This document shows, piece by piece, positions 20,626 through 31,346 of a DNA stretch of 64,000 nt; positions within the stretch are counted from its first letter, which is position 1; each line of letters opens with the position of its first letter. Made by a program: the position numbers and the translations under genes. The stretch is from an uncultured Spirochaetota bacterium. GTDB lineage: Bacteria > Spirochaetota > Brevinematia > Brevinematales > JAOACQ01. The stretch lies in assembly GCA_963835575.1 (NCBI GenBank), contig CAWIGG010000004.1, positions 640,001-704,000 on the forward strand. Reading direction: 5' to 3'. Under the pieces are notes generated by a model. It saw only the letters and a program-made list of their open reading frames with translations. It searched no databases and was not told where the DNA came from.

Positions 20626-22092
20626 GTGAACCTGGCTGCTATCCTGATTGATAAAAAATTTGCTGTTCAAGAAAAACTTCAATATTATTTTGAACTTACT
20701 TATAATAAAATAAAAAAAATAACAGGTGAAATATATTTTTTATCAGAAAAGCCTGATATACACATTAATAATAGCATAGAAATAATTTCATTCAACCAGG
20801 CCAAGGACTTTTTATCTTTTTTAAATAATAATCTTTCCAATAAAAGCATAATCCTTCTCAATGCTTATTCTCCATTGCTGGACCTGGAATCCACACAGAA
20901 GATGATTGAAGAACATAAAGCATTTGCCTTTGATTATACTTTCCCAGAAAACCTGCCGCTCGGCCTGCTTCCTGAAATAATTGAAAGCGATGCGGCCGGT
21001 TTTATCAATCATACAATTCCTGAAAAACAGGGGATGTTTAATGAAAATATCAAGGAACTTTTTGAAAGGGATGTCTCATCCTATGACTGTAATATTTTTA
21101 TATCTCCAAGCCGGCTAATCAATTACAGGATTAATTTTATTCCGGATAATTACAATGATTACCTTATAATTGGTGACATTATTTCAAATCAGGGTAATGA
21201 GTTAAGTCATTTAAAACTGGAAGAGCTGATTAAAAAAAATCCGGAATTAATCAGGAAAAGGCCGACTTATTATGAAATAGAGCTCAATACGGAAAGAGAA
21301 AGCGGTTCTTTTTATATTTCTGACCGTCTGGAAAGAAAAAGCGAAATGAATTTTGATTATTTCAAAAAGACAATTGAGCAAATTTCCAAATTTTCTTATA
21401 ATCCGGTGGTCAGCATTGGATTATTCGGAGAACCGTTTCTCTATTCTTTAATAAAAGATGTCATTAAAGAATTAAAAAAAATCCCTAATGTTCAATTTAT
21501 ATTTGAAAGCCGGTGCCTGTTCAGCAATATTGAAGCCATTCAAGATGCATTGGTTCTTCCGAATGTAAAAATTGTTTTTGATATCAGCTCTTCAAAGCCT
21601 GAAACATTTGCAAAATATAAAAAGTCTCTAAATTCTCTTATCCCGTTTGAGGGTCTCTCCGTTATGGAAGAAAAAATAAAACAGCTCAATAATAAGGAAA
21701 AAATCTATATCCAGTTTACCCGTACAACCGATAACGAAAATGAATTGATGCGGTTTTATGAAAAATGGCGCGATTTTTCCGACAGGATTATTATAAAAAA
21801 ACCCGATACTTTCGGCGGAATTCTCGACTCCTGCCAAGTTGTCGATCTTTCGCCGGTAAAAAGGTTCCCATGTTTACATTTAAAGCATGACATGGTCATT
21901 TTATCAGACGGAAAAATCCCCCTTTGCCGGCAGGATTATAATGCAAAGTATTCGGCCGGAAATATACTGACGGACGGTATTGAAACCTGCTGGAATAAAA
22001 TGAATGATTTTTATCAAAACCAATGGAAAGAAATATACAATAAACCACCGCTTTGTGAAAAATGCGACGAATGGTGGGTTTTCAACCTATGA
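20626..22092 (+). CDS. Spiro-SPASM-type protein (nucleotidyltransferase-like N-domain, degenerate radical SAM barrel, SPASM domain)
   Basis: SPLLD...FDYTFPENLPLGLLPEII; GEP motif; PCLHL...DGKIPLCRQD...LCEKCDEW; no CxxxCxxC. Start placed at GTG 20626 after GGAG. Confidence 0.8.
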   Translation: MNLAAILIDKKFAVQEKLQYYFELTYNKIKKITGEIYFLSEKPDIHINNSIEIISFNQAKDFLSFLNNNLSNKSIILLNAYSPLLDLESTQKMIEEHKAFAFDYTFPENLPLGLLPEIIESDAAGFINHTIPEKQGMFNENIKELFERDVSSYDCNIFISPSRLINYRINFIPDNYNDYLIIGDIISNQGNELSHLKLEELIKKNPELIRKRPTYYEIELNTERESGSFYISDRLERKSEMNFDYFKKTIEQISKFSYNPVVSIGLFGEPFLYSLIKDVIKELKKIPNVQFIFESRCLFSNIEAIQDALVLPNVKIVFDISSSKPETFAKYKKSLNSLIPFEGLSVMEEKIKQLNNKEKIYIQFTRTTDNENELMRFYEKWRDFSDRIIIKKPDTFGGILDSCQVVDLSPVKRFPCLHLKHDMVILSDGKIPLCRQDYNAKYSAGNILTDGIETCWNKMNDFYQNQWKEIYNKPPLCEKCDEWWVFNL

Positions 22093-23108
22093 TATTTAAA
22101 GATGAAGTGAGCATCGAGGTAAAGGCCGGCAAAGGCGGCGCCGGAGCTGCGACTTTTCGAAGGGAAAAATATATCCCAAGGGGCGGTCCAGACGGCGGTG
22201 ACGGCGGTGACGGCGGCAATGTGATAATTCGGGTCAATCCTCATCTCCGCACTTTATCCCACATCCATAATTACCAGAAATTTAAAGCGGAAGACGGCGG
22301 CAACGGAATGTCAAATCAGAAATTCGGAAAGAAAGGAGTATTTTTCCCTATTGAAGTTCCTGCCGGAACCCTGGTTTTTGATGAAAAAACAGGAGATGTT
22401 TTAGCCGATCTCACTGAAAATAATTCAGAATTTATTGCTGCAAAGGGTGGAATAGGTGGCCGGGGCAATGTACACTTTAAAAGCTCAACAAATCAAACCC
22501 CTTTTTACGCGCAGAAGGGCAGGCCGGGCGAAATAAAAAAAATCCGGCTTGAGCTGAAAATGATTGCACATATCGGTCTTGTCGGTTTTCCAAATGCCGG
22601 TAAATCCACCCTTGTTTCTAAAATTACCAATGCCCGCCCGAAAATAGCTTCTTATCCTTTTACAACACTCGTCCCCAATATCGGAGTTATGACGATCGAT
22701 GATGCTTATACCAGTATTTTAATAGCCGACATTCCCGGTTTAATTGAAGGGGCACATAAGGGTAAAGGCCTGGGTATAGATTTCCTTAAACACATTGAAC
22801 GGACAAAAGTCATATTGTTTATATTAGACGCTTTTGACAACCCGCTTGAAAAATTCGAGATTCTCCGGCAGGAACTCAAGAGTTATTCCGAAGTTCTCTA
22901 CAAAAGGGTTTTCATGATAGCGCTGAATAAAATCGATTTGATTTTTGATGAAAGGGAGAAAAAAGAGCTCAAAAAAGCGTTTTCAAAATTTACTAAAGAA
23001 GTCTTTCTGATTTCAGCCCTTACTAATATCTCCTTATCTGATATAAAGATAGCCCTCTATAAAAAATATACTGAAATTGAAGAAAAAGAGAATAATTTTG
23101 AAAAATAG
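22089..23108 (+). CDS. obgE: GTPase Obg
   Basis: GGPDGGDGGDGG, GFPNAGKS, YPFTT, DIPG, NKID; ATGA overlap with the upstream stop. Confidence 0.98.
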   Translation: MIFKDEVSIEVKAGKGGAGAATFRREKYIPRGGPDGGDGGDGGNVIIRVNPHLRTLSHIHNYQKFKAEDGGNGMSNQKFGKKGVFFPIEVPAGTLVFDEKTGDVLADLTENNSEFIAAKGGIGGRGNVHFKSSTNQTPFYAQKGRPGEIKKIRLELKMIAHIGLVGFPNAGKSTLVSKITNARPKIASYPFTTLVPNIGVMTIDDAYTSILIADIPGLIEGAHKGKGLGIDFLKHIERTKVILFILDAFDNPLEKFEILRQELKSYSEVLYKRVFMIALNKIDLIFDEREKKELKKAFSKFTKEVFLISALTNISLSDIKIALYKKYTEIEEKENNFEK

Positions 23109-23151
23109 GCCCATTTAGATTGAAATAGATATTTATAAAAGGGATCAATAA

Positions 23152-24288
23152 ATGCAGATAATTCTGCCCGATAAGTCAGAAATAAAAGTTCGGCGGGTTG
23201 TTGTCAAACTTGGAACTAAGCAGATTACAGACCTATCCAGTATAAACATGGATAATATATCCGGAATTGTAAGGGAAATAGCGGAATTTAAAAAAAAAGG
23301 AATAGAATTTATTATCACTTCCAGCGGCGCTATCGGCCTCGGAATCTACGAGCTTTATAAAAACAGGGATATAGTGGAGAAACTTACTCTTTCTCAAAAA
23401 CAAGCTTTAGCCGGTTTAGGGCAGATACGCCTGATGCAGATTTTTAAAAAAGAATTTGCTAAATATAGCATGTCTATCGGACAGGTCCTTCTCACACATT
23501 ATATTTTTGATAACAGATCTTCCTATCTGAACGCGCGCAATACCCTCAACTCAATGCTGGAACTCGGCATCATTCCAATCATCAATGAAAACGATTCTGT
23601 CGCCGTTGAAGAAATCAAAGTCGGTGAAAATGACAGGCTCGGTGCTTATGTGAGCCTGCTGACAGACGCTGACCTTTATATAATGCTCTCCGATGTGGAC
23701 GGATTTTATCAAAATTATAATTCTCATGATTCAAAATTCCTCCGCATTGTCGATAATATCAACACGGTTATGAAATATGCCTGCAAACAGGAAGAAATTT
23801 ATACAAAAGGCGGGATGATCACAAAACTTCAAGCGGCTAAAATCACAACTGTTAGTGGTGTTCCATGCGTTATTGCCAATGGTTTTAAAAAAAATATTCT
23901 TTCGTCAATATTTCATAATCTTTCTGAGGGGACAATCTTTTTACCTTCAATAAAAAGCCTGAACTATAAAAAGCGCTGGATAAGCGTAAAAAAAACCAAA
24001 GGCGTTATTACGGTGGATGAAGGCGCAAAAAACGCTATACTCCGCCATAAAAGCCTTCTTGCCAGCGGAATAAAAAAAGCATCGGGCAATTTTCAGTATG
24101 GTGACACAGTCATTATAGCTGATGTTAATGGTAATGAGATTGCTGTCGGTTTGTCCAATTATTCATTAGAAGACCTAAACCAAATAGCCGGGAAAAAAAC
24201 AAGTGAAATAGAAGAAATCCTGGGCAAGGAAAATAAATACTCCTGCGCCGTGCATATCGATAATATGGTATTGCTGGAAAAAATATAA
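23152..24288 (+). CDS. proB: Glutamate 5-kinase with PUA domain
   Basis: VVVKLGT, SSGAIGLG, PIINENDSV, GGMITKL; C-terminal PUA domain. Confidence 0.95.
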   Translation: MQIILPDKSEIKVRRVVVKLGTKQITDLSSINMDNISGIVREIAEFKKKGIEFIITSSGAIGLGIYELYKNRDIVEKLTLSQKQALAGLGQIRLMQIFKKEFAKYSMSIGQVLLTHYIFDNRSSYLNARNTLNSMLELGIIPIINENDSVAVEEIKVGENDRLGAYVSLLTDADLYIMLSDVDGFYQNYNSHDSKFLRIVDNINTVMKYACKQEEIYTKGGMITKLQAAKITTVSGVPCVIANGFKKNILSSIFHNLSEGTIFLPSIKSLNYKKRWISVKKTKGVITVDEGAKNAILRHKSLLASGIKKASGNFQYGDTVIIADVNGNEIAVGLSNYSLEDLNQIAGKKTSEIEEILGKENKYSCAVHIDNMVLLEKI

Positions 24289-26743
24289 ATGCTGAAAAAG
24301 ATATTATATTATCTAATTCCCATTTTCATCTCTTACAACATAATTCATTCTTACTCTGAAATTAATATGGTTTCTTATTTTTCTCTTGCAAATGGCGGAT
24401 TTAATATATATTATCAGCCCGGAAGCTCATCTGACAAATCTATCTTTTTTTGACGGGTATTTCGATTTGCTTTCATTTCAAATTGGATGGAAGCATTTTC
24501 TTGTAGGAAGTACTGTTTTAAAAAGCTATCCTGTTAACAGCTTTCTTCCGGTTCAAATATCCATCCCTCTAACAATGGAAGAAAGATATAACAATTCCTG
24601 CGGCGCTTCAGTATTATCCCTGGAATACGCCTGGCAAGGAAATTATCCTAATATCACTCTAAAATATGAAGTAACTGAACCTTTACTCTTAATAGACATT
24701 AGTTATTTTATATTCTGGAACCTTAAATTAAATACAACCGATTCATTTAATATTGAATGGAATAAATTTGCCGTCGGGGCTGGTGTTTCCCTTCAAATGG
24801 GCGGATATTCTGTCCTAAACAAAATAGATTTTGAAGAAAATAAATTATATGAAGATCTGAAAAACAATGAGATAGAAAAGATAAAAAGCGATTTAAAGAA
24901 CGGTAAAAACATCAATCAGCAGGACAGCGCAGGTAATACAGCCCTTATACTTGCCGCCCGGGATAATAATAATGAACTGATCAATTTCCTGATTGAAAAC
25001 GGCGCTGACGTCAATTTGACTAATCAAAATGGACATACTGCGTTGTCGATGTCTTTGCTGAAATCTTCAGAAATCAATGCGATGATATTAATCCGGAATG
25101 GCGCAGATATTTATCGTCAATACAGTTTAATTTCTGAGGACTCATATTCAGGCTCAAAGGAAGTAGTTTCAAACAACAGCGCTCTCATCCTTGCTTGTAT
25201 GAAAAATATGCCGCAGACCGCCCGCTTACTCATTGAAAAAGGATTAGATATCCAATTAATAAACTCCACTGGTAATTCGGCATTGATATATGCTAGCGGT
25301 CATGAACAGATGGATGATATTGTTAAGCTTCTGGTCCAAAAAGGAGCAGATATTCATCTGAAAAATAGATATGGGAATACATCTCTGTTAATAGCTTTAG
25401 ATAATAGAAACCCTGCCGCAGCTCAATTTCTGATTGAAAACGGCGCTGAAATAAATAGAACTAACACTGATGGCTTCACTCCGTTATCGGCCGCCATTCA
25501 TTCCTCTGAAGATGAAATTGCTTCATTACTTATAAAGAAAGGATCCGTTATTGCAATCAAAAATAAAAACCATGAATCTTTGTTATATCAAGCCTGTGAT
25601 AATAGACTGACTAATACAGCACTTTTATTGATCAGTAAGGGAATTGAGGTAAATGATCCGGATGATGAAACGCCTGTGCTTATAGAAGCGAGCGATAAAA
25701 ATATGGCTCGAGTTGTACAAATGCTACTGAAGCATGGGGCAAAAGTCAATACGAAAGATAAATCTTTTGGTAAAACAGCTTTAATACAGGCTGTTTATAA
25801 AGGCAATATGGAAATTATTAAACTTCTGATAAAATATGGGGCTGATATTAATATATCGAAAAATGATAAAGAATACCCACTTCAAATTTCTCTTGAATAC
25901 AATTATCATGATATCGCATCATATTTATTGGAAAAGGAGAGCCATGCTAATATTTATTTTGACAGTTGGAATAGAAAGAATGCCCTCCATCTTTCAGCGG
26001 AGAAAGGGTATATAGATATTGTGAAAATATTGATAAATAAAAAAATAAATATAAATGCTATTGATTATGAGGGAAATACTGCCCTTATAAGTGCATGCAG
26101 GTACAGCCAATCTCAGTCCGCTTTATTTTTAATAAATCAGGGTGCCGATATTTTTATAACGAATAATGACGGCAATAATGCTTTTATGACAGCTTGTCAA
26201 AATGACCTGACTGATATATCCGAATTACTTATCATGAAAGGAGTTAACTTAGAATTGACAAACAAATGGGGCGAAACAGCTTTTATTATAGCCTGGAATA
26301 ATCACTATCATAGTAATGAATTCATTCAAATGCTTATCAATAAAGGAGTTGACACCAACAAATTATTTACATGGCTTTGTGGAAAATATGATTCCGATGA
26401 TAATGTTGAAAAATTAAAATCAACAGGTTATGATGTTAATTCTCAAGATAAGAATGGAAGAACCGGCTTGATGGAAGCCTGCAGGCATGGAAATATCAAA
26501 TTTGTCCATTATCTTTTAGAAAATAAGGCTCTTCCCGATCTTATTGATAATGACGGCCGTACCGCCTTGATGGAAGCTTCTGAATATGGTTATATAGATA
26601 TAGTAAATCAGTTATTACAAAATAGGGCCGATGTAAATATAAAATCCCAGGACGGCTCCACTGCTTTAAGTCTGGCGCTAAAGAAAGGTTATAAAAAAAT
26701 AATCGATATGCTGATTCAAGCCGGGGCAATAATAGATAATTGA
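24289..26743 (+). pseudogene. Secreted ankyrin-repeat protein with a +1 frameshift in a T7 run
   Basis: ATG 24289 encodes a signal peptide and stops at TGA 24451-24453. Removing one T from 24445-24451 joins it to the long ORF carrying many GxTAL..A ankyrin repeats. Confidence 0.75.
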
Positions 26744-26745
26744 TC

Positions 26746-28458
26746 CTACATTTTGACCATTGAAGCCGCTATCACTTCTGATGTTGATGCATCGATCAAC
26801 CTCATAAAAAGAACGGTTGAATTTGCGACAAAATACAGCTTTCCAGTCAGGATCGTATCCGCTCCTGTTAATTCCTTAATATTTTCTGAAGAAGCTGCTC
26901 CCGACAGTTTAAGTTTGAGCTCTTCCAGTATCATCTTTATCTTTGTTCTGTCAACAACTTTCATCATTTTGTCCTGTGAAATGATATCTTCAGAAAGGCT
27001 TCCGATATAAATTGACAAAGAATCAAGACTTTTGTCCAGAGAATCAGGCGGAAGACCCAGGACTGAATTTCCTGAATTCAGTTTGTTTCCAGTTTCTATC
27101 TGTTTTTTAATCTGCTGTAAAGAATTATCAACACGCCGGAACACTTTATCTTCCTCATTTTTATAATCATAATTCTGATGCAGTGCCATCAGTTCTTTCT
27201 CAGGAAGCTGGTTATAAATTTCCATCCTGATATTATCAACGACAATATCATCGAGATTGCGCGCCATGTAATTGGCGCCTGTATGATGGCTTACTTTTCC
27301 GGGATCTTCCTCCGTTCCTTTGCCGCTTGATTCGCCTCTTTCTCCATATGTCAGAAATACAAATTTTCCTTTAGTCATTTGAGAAAGAACCCGCAACTGT
27401 ATTTCACCTGTCAGATCCAGTCCGCTAGCACCAATCGAGTAAACTTTAATGGCCTGCTTTCTGGCCTGTGTATATAAATTTTCTAAATCTGAAAAATCTC
27501 TCATATGGGCAGATGCGTCAGTAATAAGAAAAACAAACTTAACTGCATCTTTATTCCACTGCATAGAGGTCAATGATTTGGAAAAACCGTCCAGCATGGC
27601 TTCGGGGTAATCCCCGCCGCCTTTAGCTTCAACTGAAAATAGAAATTCCTGAAATTTATCCATATCGGGTGTTAAATCAAACTCCTTTGTCAAATACTCA
27701 TCCCCTTTGTCTCTATAAAGAACCATGCCAAACCTGACTGCAATGTTCTTCGATGGTATATTTTTAATATGCATATAAACAGAATAAATTGTATCACGGA
27801 GAGTATCAATCTCATCCTGCATGCTTTTTGTCGTATCCATTAAAAAGACAATATCGAGGGGTATGATCTGCTTTTCTTCTCTTATTATGGGAAGATTAAT
27901 TACTTCTCTCTGATTTTTAGTCTTTCCGATTGCGATATTTGTCATAAATCCATTGTAATCGATTGATAATAGACTTCCGGAAAAAGAATCTCCGGGGATC
28001 AGGACTTCCCCATCGCTGTAAGAATAATAATTATTATTTTTAAAAGAAATATGCGAATTAAAAATTGGAAGACCGTTTTTATCATTAATTGAAACAAGTC
28101 TTCTGCCTTCAATATTAAGGGTTTTTAAAATGGAATTACTCATGTTATCTTTTAAAAAAGAAAGATAATACTCAAATTCCTCGTTGTCATCATGCTCGGC
28201 TGCTTTAGGTGTATTAATATTTTTTTCTCTGTATTCAGTTACAGGATTCATTGATTTGACTTTTTTTAAATATTCAGCCTGTTCTGTACTGATTTTTTGT
28301 TCCGTTTCCTCCTCTTTCCTGTTCGGCAAATTCTCATCAGGCCGAACAAACGACGGAAAAGGACCTCCGCCCCCAGTTCCATTACATCCCAGATAAAAAA
28401 GGAACAAAAATATAATTCCGCCCAGGAATATTGTTTTACTACAGACTTTATAAATCAT
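26746..28458 (-). CDS. Lipoprotein with VWA domain and C-terminal CsgG/FlgO-like domain
   Basis: Lipobox YLGC; MIDAS-like DIVFLMDTTKSM, GGGDYPEA, LITDA; C-terminal VVDR...GADTILTG...RLIDASTSEVI. Confidence 0.8.
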   Translation of the reverse strand: MIYKVCSKTIFLGGIIFLFLFYLGCNGTGGGGPFPSFVRPDENLPNRKEEETEQKISTEQAEYLKKVKSMNPVTEYREKNINTPKAAEHDDNEEFEYYLSFLKDNMSNSILKTLNIEGRRLVSINDKNGLPIFNSHISFKNNNYYSYSDGEVLIPGDSFSGSLLSIDYNGFMTNIAIGKTKNQREVINLPIIREEKQIIPLDIVFLMDTTKSMQDEIDTLRDTIYSVYMHIKNIPSKNIAVRFGMVLYRDKGDEYLTKEFDLTPDMDKFQEFLFSVEAKGGGDYPEAMLDGFSKSLTSMQWNKDAVKFVFLITDASAHMRDFSDLENLYTQARKQAIKVYSIGASGLDLTGEIQLRVLSQMTKGKFVFLTYGERGESSGKGTEEDPGKVSHHTGANYMARNLDDIVVDNIRMEIYNQLPEKELMALHQNYDYKNEEDKVFRRVDNSLQQIKKQIETGNKLNSGNSVLGLPPDSLDKSLDSLSIYIGSLSEDIISQDKMMKVVDRTKIKMILEELKLKLSGAASSENIKELTGADTILTGKLYFVANSTVLFMRLIDASTSEVIAASMVKM

Positions 28459-28643
28459 ATACTTCCTCTTTTTCAATTGATTTATCAGGCAATTATTAAT
28501 CTGTATCATTCGGCAATAAAACAAAAGCCACATAGACAATTAAGTATTTTAATTTTTAAAACTAATCTGAACGATTTTCTCATAGCAGAATATTTACAAA
28601 TTAACTTCATCTTAACACTAGAACGATTTGAATATTTTAATAA

Positions 28644-29477
28644 TTAAATAGTAAATTGCCCCTGTCTGACAGCATTACAGCTTATGGATACAGCAATTGG
28701 CAGAGTGGCTATATGGCATGGCATCAGTTTAACTTTAACAGCCATCGCTGTTTGTCCAAATTTCAATCCCTGGAAACCAATAGGCATTTTATTAATAACA
28801 TTTAATATATCCTGAGATAATTCCTTTTCAATAAAATCATTTGAATTAATATTTATATCTTCAAGCAATACTTTTCTTGAATAATAAACCGCTTTTTCAA
28901 TATTTCCGCCTATTCCCACACCAATAATATAAGGAGGACATGCTTTAGCTCCGGTAGTTTTTACAGCATCAACAATAAAATCTTCAATTTCGCTTCTAGG
29001 AGCTGTAGGGAGAAGAAAACCTATTTTAGTCACATTTTCAGATCCTCCGCCTTTGAGCATTATTGATACTTCTAAAAAGTCTCCTTTAATAAACTCATAA
29101 TCAATGCAGGCTGGAGTATTTGTACTGGTGTTTTCCCTTGTTATCGGATTTGCCAATGACTGGCGGAGATAAAATTCCTGATAGACATCCCGGACTATCT
29201 GCTGAATACATTTATTTAAATCAAAAGGAATGTGGATATCATTTCCTATAGAAATAAAAACCTGGACATATCCCGTATCCTGGCAGACCGCTCGGTTTTC
29301 GGTACAGGCGATTTTATTATTTTCAATAAAAATGTCCACTATTTTTTTCTGCTCTTCCGTCACTTTGAGCCTGAGTTTTTTTAAATAATTCAGAACATCT
29401 GCCCTTAAGTGAAAATTCGCAAAAATTAGCTGTCCCCGGAATTTATCTCTAAACTCTGTTTGAGATATAGTTTTCAT
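28644..29477 (-). CDS. Fe-S hydro-lyase (fumarate hydratase/tartrate dehydratase) alpha subunit
   Basis: CQDTG, KGGGSEN, ACPP, PCHIA motifs. Confidence 0.93.
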   Translation of the reverse strand: MKTISQTEFRDKFRGQLIFANFHLRADVLNYLKKLRLKVTEEQKKIVDIFIENNKIACTENRAVCQDTGYVQVFISIGNDIHIPFDLNKCIQQIVRDVYQEFYLRQSLANPITRENTSTNTPACIDYEFIKGDFLEVSIMLKGGGSENVTKIGFLLPTAPRSEIEDFIVDAVKTTGAKACPPYIIGVGIGGNIEKAVYYSRKVLLEDININSNDFIEKELSQDILNVINKMPIGFQGLKFGQTAMAVKVKLMPCHIATLPIAVSISCNAVRQGQFTI

Positions 29478-29492
29478 ATTCTATTTTCAACC

Positions 29493-29753
29493 TCAGGCTT
29501 CGGCTTTTTTTCCTGAAAGACAGCAACTACATGCCGGATTATCACTTGTTTTCTTATCACATTGGGGAGTTTTTTTCTTATAATCAGTCGAATAAAATCC
29601 ATTACCTTTAAATATTATCCCCGCTCCGCTGCTAATAAGCCTTTTTAGAGTTCCTTTGCACTCAGGACATTCCTTCAAAGGTTCATCTGTTATTTTTTGA
29701 AACACCTCAAAAACATGTCCGCATTTTTTACATTTATAATCATAATGGGGCAT
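29493..29753 (-). CDS. FmdB-family zinc-ribbon protein
   Basis: MPHYDYKCKKCGHVFE...CPEC...FKGNGFYSTDY. Confidence 0.9.
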   Translation of the reverse strand: MPHYDYKCKKCGHVFEVFQKITDEPLKECPECKGTLKRLISSGAGIIFKGNGFYSTDYKKKTPQCDKKTSDNPACSCCLSGKKAEA

Positions 29754-29776
29754 AAAACTTCAAACCTCCAATTTTT

Positions 29777-31003
29777 TTAATGAAATTTACCGAACCTTTC
29801 AACAGCTTCAATAATATTTTCTCTTTTACCAAATCCGGTTAATCTAAAGAAACCTTCTCCGCATTTCCCGAATCCCGAACCCGGTGTACCTACAACATTG
29901 CATTGATTGAGTAATTCATCAAAGAATTGCCATGAGGTAAGTCCCTTTGGCACCTGCAGCCAGAGATATGGTGAATTAATACCGCCGGAATATTTAATAC
30001 CAAGCGCTGTTAAACCCTTTCCTATTATTTTAGCATTTCCGAGATAATAATCAACTATTGCCTTCGCTTCCATCCTTCCCTGATCGGTAAAAACTTGATA
30101 GGCTCCTTTTTGTATGATATAAGCAACACCATTGAATTTTGTAGATTGTCTCCGCAGCCAGAGCTTATTCATTTGATGCATTTTTCCTTTTTTATCCGGC
30201 ACCATCAGTTCATTTGGAATGATTGTATAAGAACAGCGGGTCCCGGTAAAGCCGGCGGTTTTTGAAAGGCTTCTAAACTCTATTGCCACTTCACGCGCTC
30301 CTTCGATTTCAAAAATACTGTGCGGGATATTTTCTTCACGAATATAAGCCTCATAAGCCGCATCATATAAAATAAGAGCTTCATTTTTTTTTGCATAATC
30401 CACCCATAATTTCAGATCTTTTTTATTTATTATCTGGCCGGTCGGATTATTGGGAAAGCAGAGATAAATTAAATCAACGGCTTTTTTTGGCAAATCTGGA
30501 GTAAAGTCATTTTCGGCAGTACATGGTAGATAAACTATATTATCATATTTTCCTTCTTTATAACCGCCGGCTCTGCCCGCCATGACATTGCTGTCAACAT
30601 AAACGGGATAAACCGGGTCAGTAATTGCCAGTTTAGTATCCGATGAAAAAAGCTCCTGAATATTAGCCGTGTCTTCTTTAGCTCCTGTTGATACAAAAAT
30701 CTCATCTGGCGATATAGAAATTCCTCTAGAGATAAAATCTGTTTCACTAATTATCTTTCTTAAAAAAGCATAGCCTTCATAGGGAGGATATCCTTGAAAT
30801 GTTTCTTGTTTTCCCATTTCTTCAACCGCTTCTTTCAATCCTGAAATAACAGCCGGGCTTAGGGGTTCAGTAACATCTCCGATCCCCAGCTTAATAAGTT
30901 TTATACCGGTTTTTTTTTGCTGAAACTCATTCACTCTTTTACCGACCTCAGCGAAAAGATAACTTCCCTGAAGTTCATTAAAATGATTATTGATCCTAAT
31001 CAT
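29777..31003 (-). CDS. dapL: LL-diaminopimelate aminotransferase
   Basis: SYLFAE, LGIGDVT, YLCFPNNPTG, PLP lysine in SLSKTAGFTG, TPGSGFG. Confidence 0.96.
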   Translation of the reverse strand: MIRINNHFNELQGSYLFAEVGKRVNEFQQKKTGIKLIKLGIGDVTEPLSPAVISGLKEAVEEMGKQETFQGYPPYEGYAFLRKIISETDFISRGISISPDEIFVSTGAKEDTANIQELFSSDTKLAITDPVYPVYVDSNVMAGRAGGYKEGKYDNIVYLPCTAENDFTPDLPKKAVDLIYLCFPNNPTGQIINKKDLKLWVDYAKKNEALILYDAAYEAYIREENIPHSIFEIEGAREVAIEFRSLSKTAGFTGTRCSYTIIPNELMVPDKKGKMHQMNKLWLRRQSTKFNGVAYIIQKGAYQVFTDQGRMEAKAIVDYYLGNAKIIGKGLTALGIKYSGGINSPYLWLQVPKGLTSWQFFDELLNQCNVVGTPGSGFGKCGEGFFRLTGFGKRENIIEAVERFGKFH

Positions 31004-31346
31004 AAAAAAACCTCACTGTAACTCTGCACTTAGGAATTTATTTTTTTAATAAAAGATTATTATTATAACAGATTTTTAAAAATATTTCAGGGCTTGTTAT
31101 AGTAAAAATAATTTTTATTAAAATATGGCTTTATCAGATGAGACAAACTTAATTCAAATTTGGGTTTCTATTATTCAAAATATAAACTGAGGAAAAACCA
31201 TATATTTTATTTTCCTTTTTTTATAATATTTTATTCCAACTCATCCAGAAAATTTAATAAATTTTCCCTTGCTATAACAAAAGAAGGGCCTCCCCCAAAT
31301 TCTACACCTATAGCTGCAGCTTCTATAATCTCCTCTTTTGTCGCTC

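Noticed and set aside
22170..22218. GACGGCGGT tandem repeats
   Set aside because: They encode the conserved glycine-rich Obg motif.
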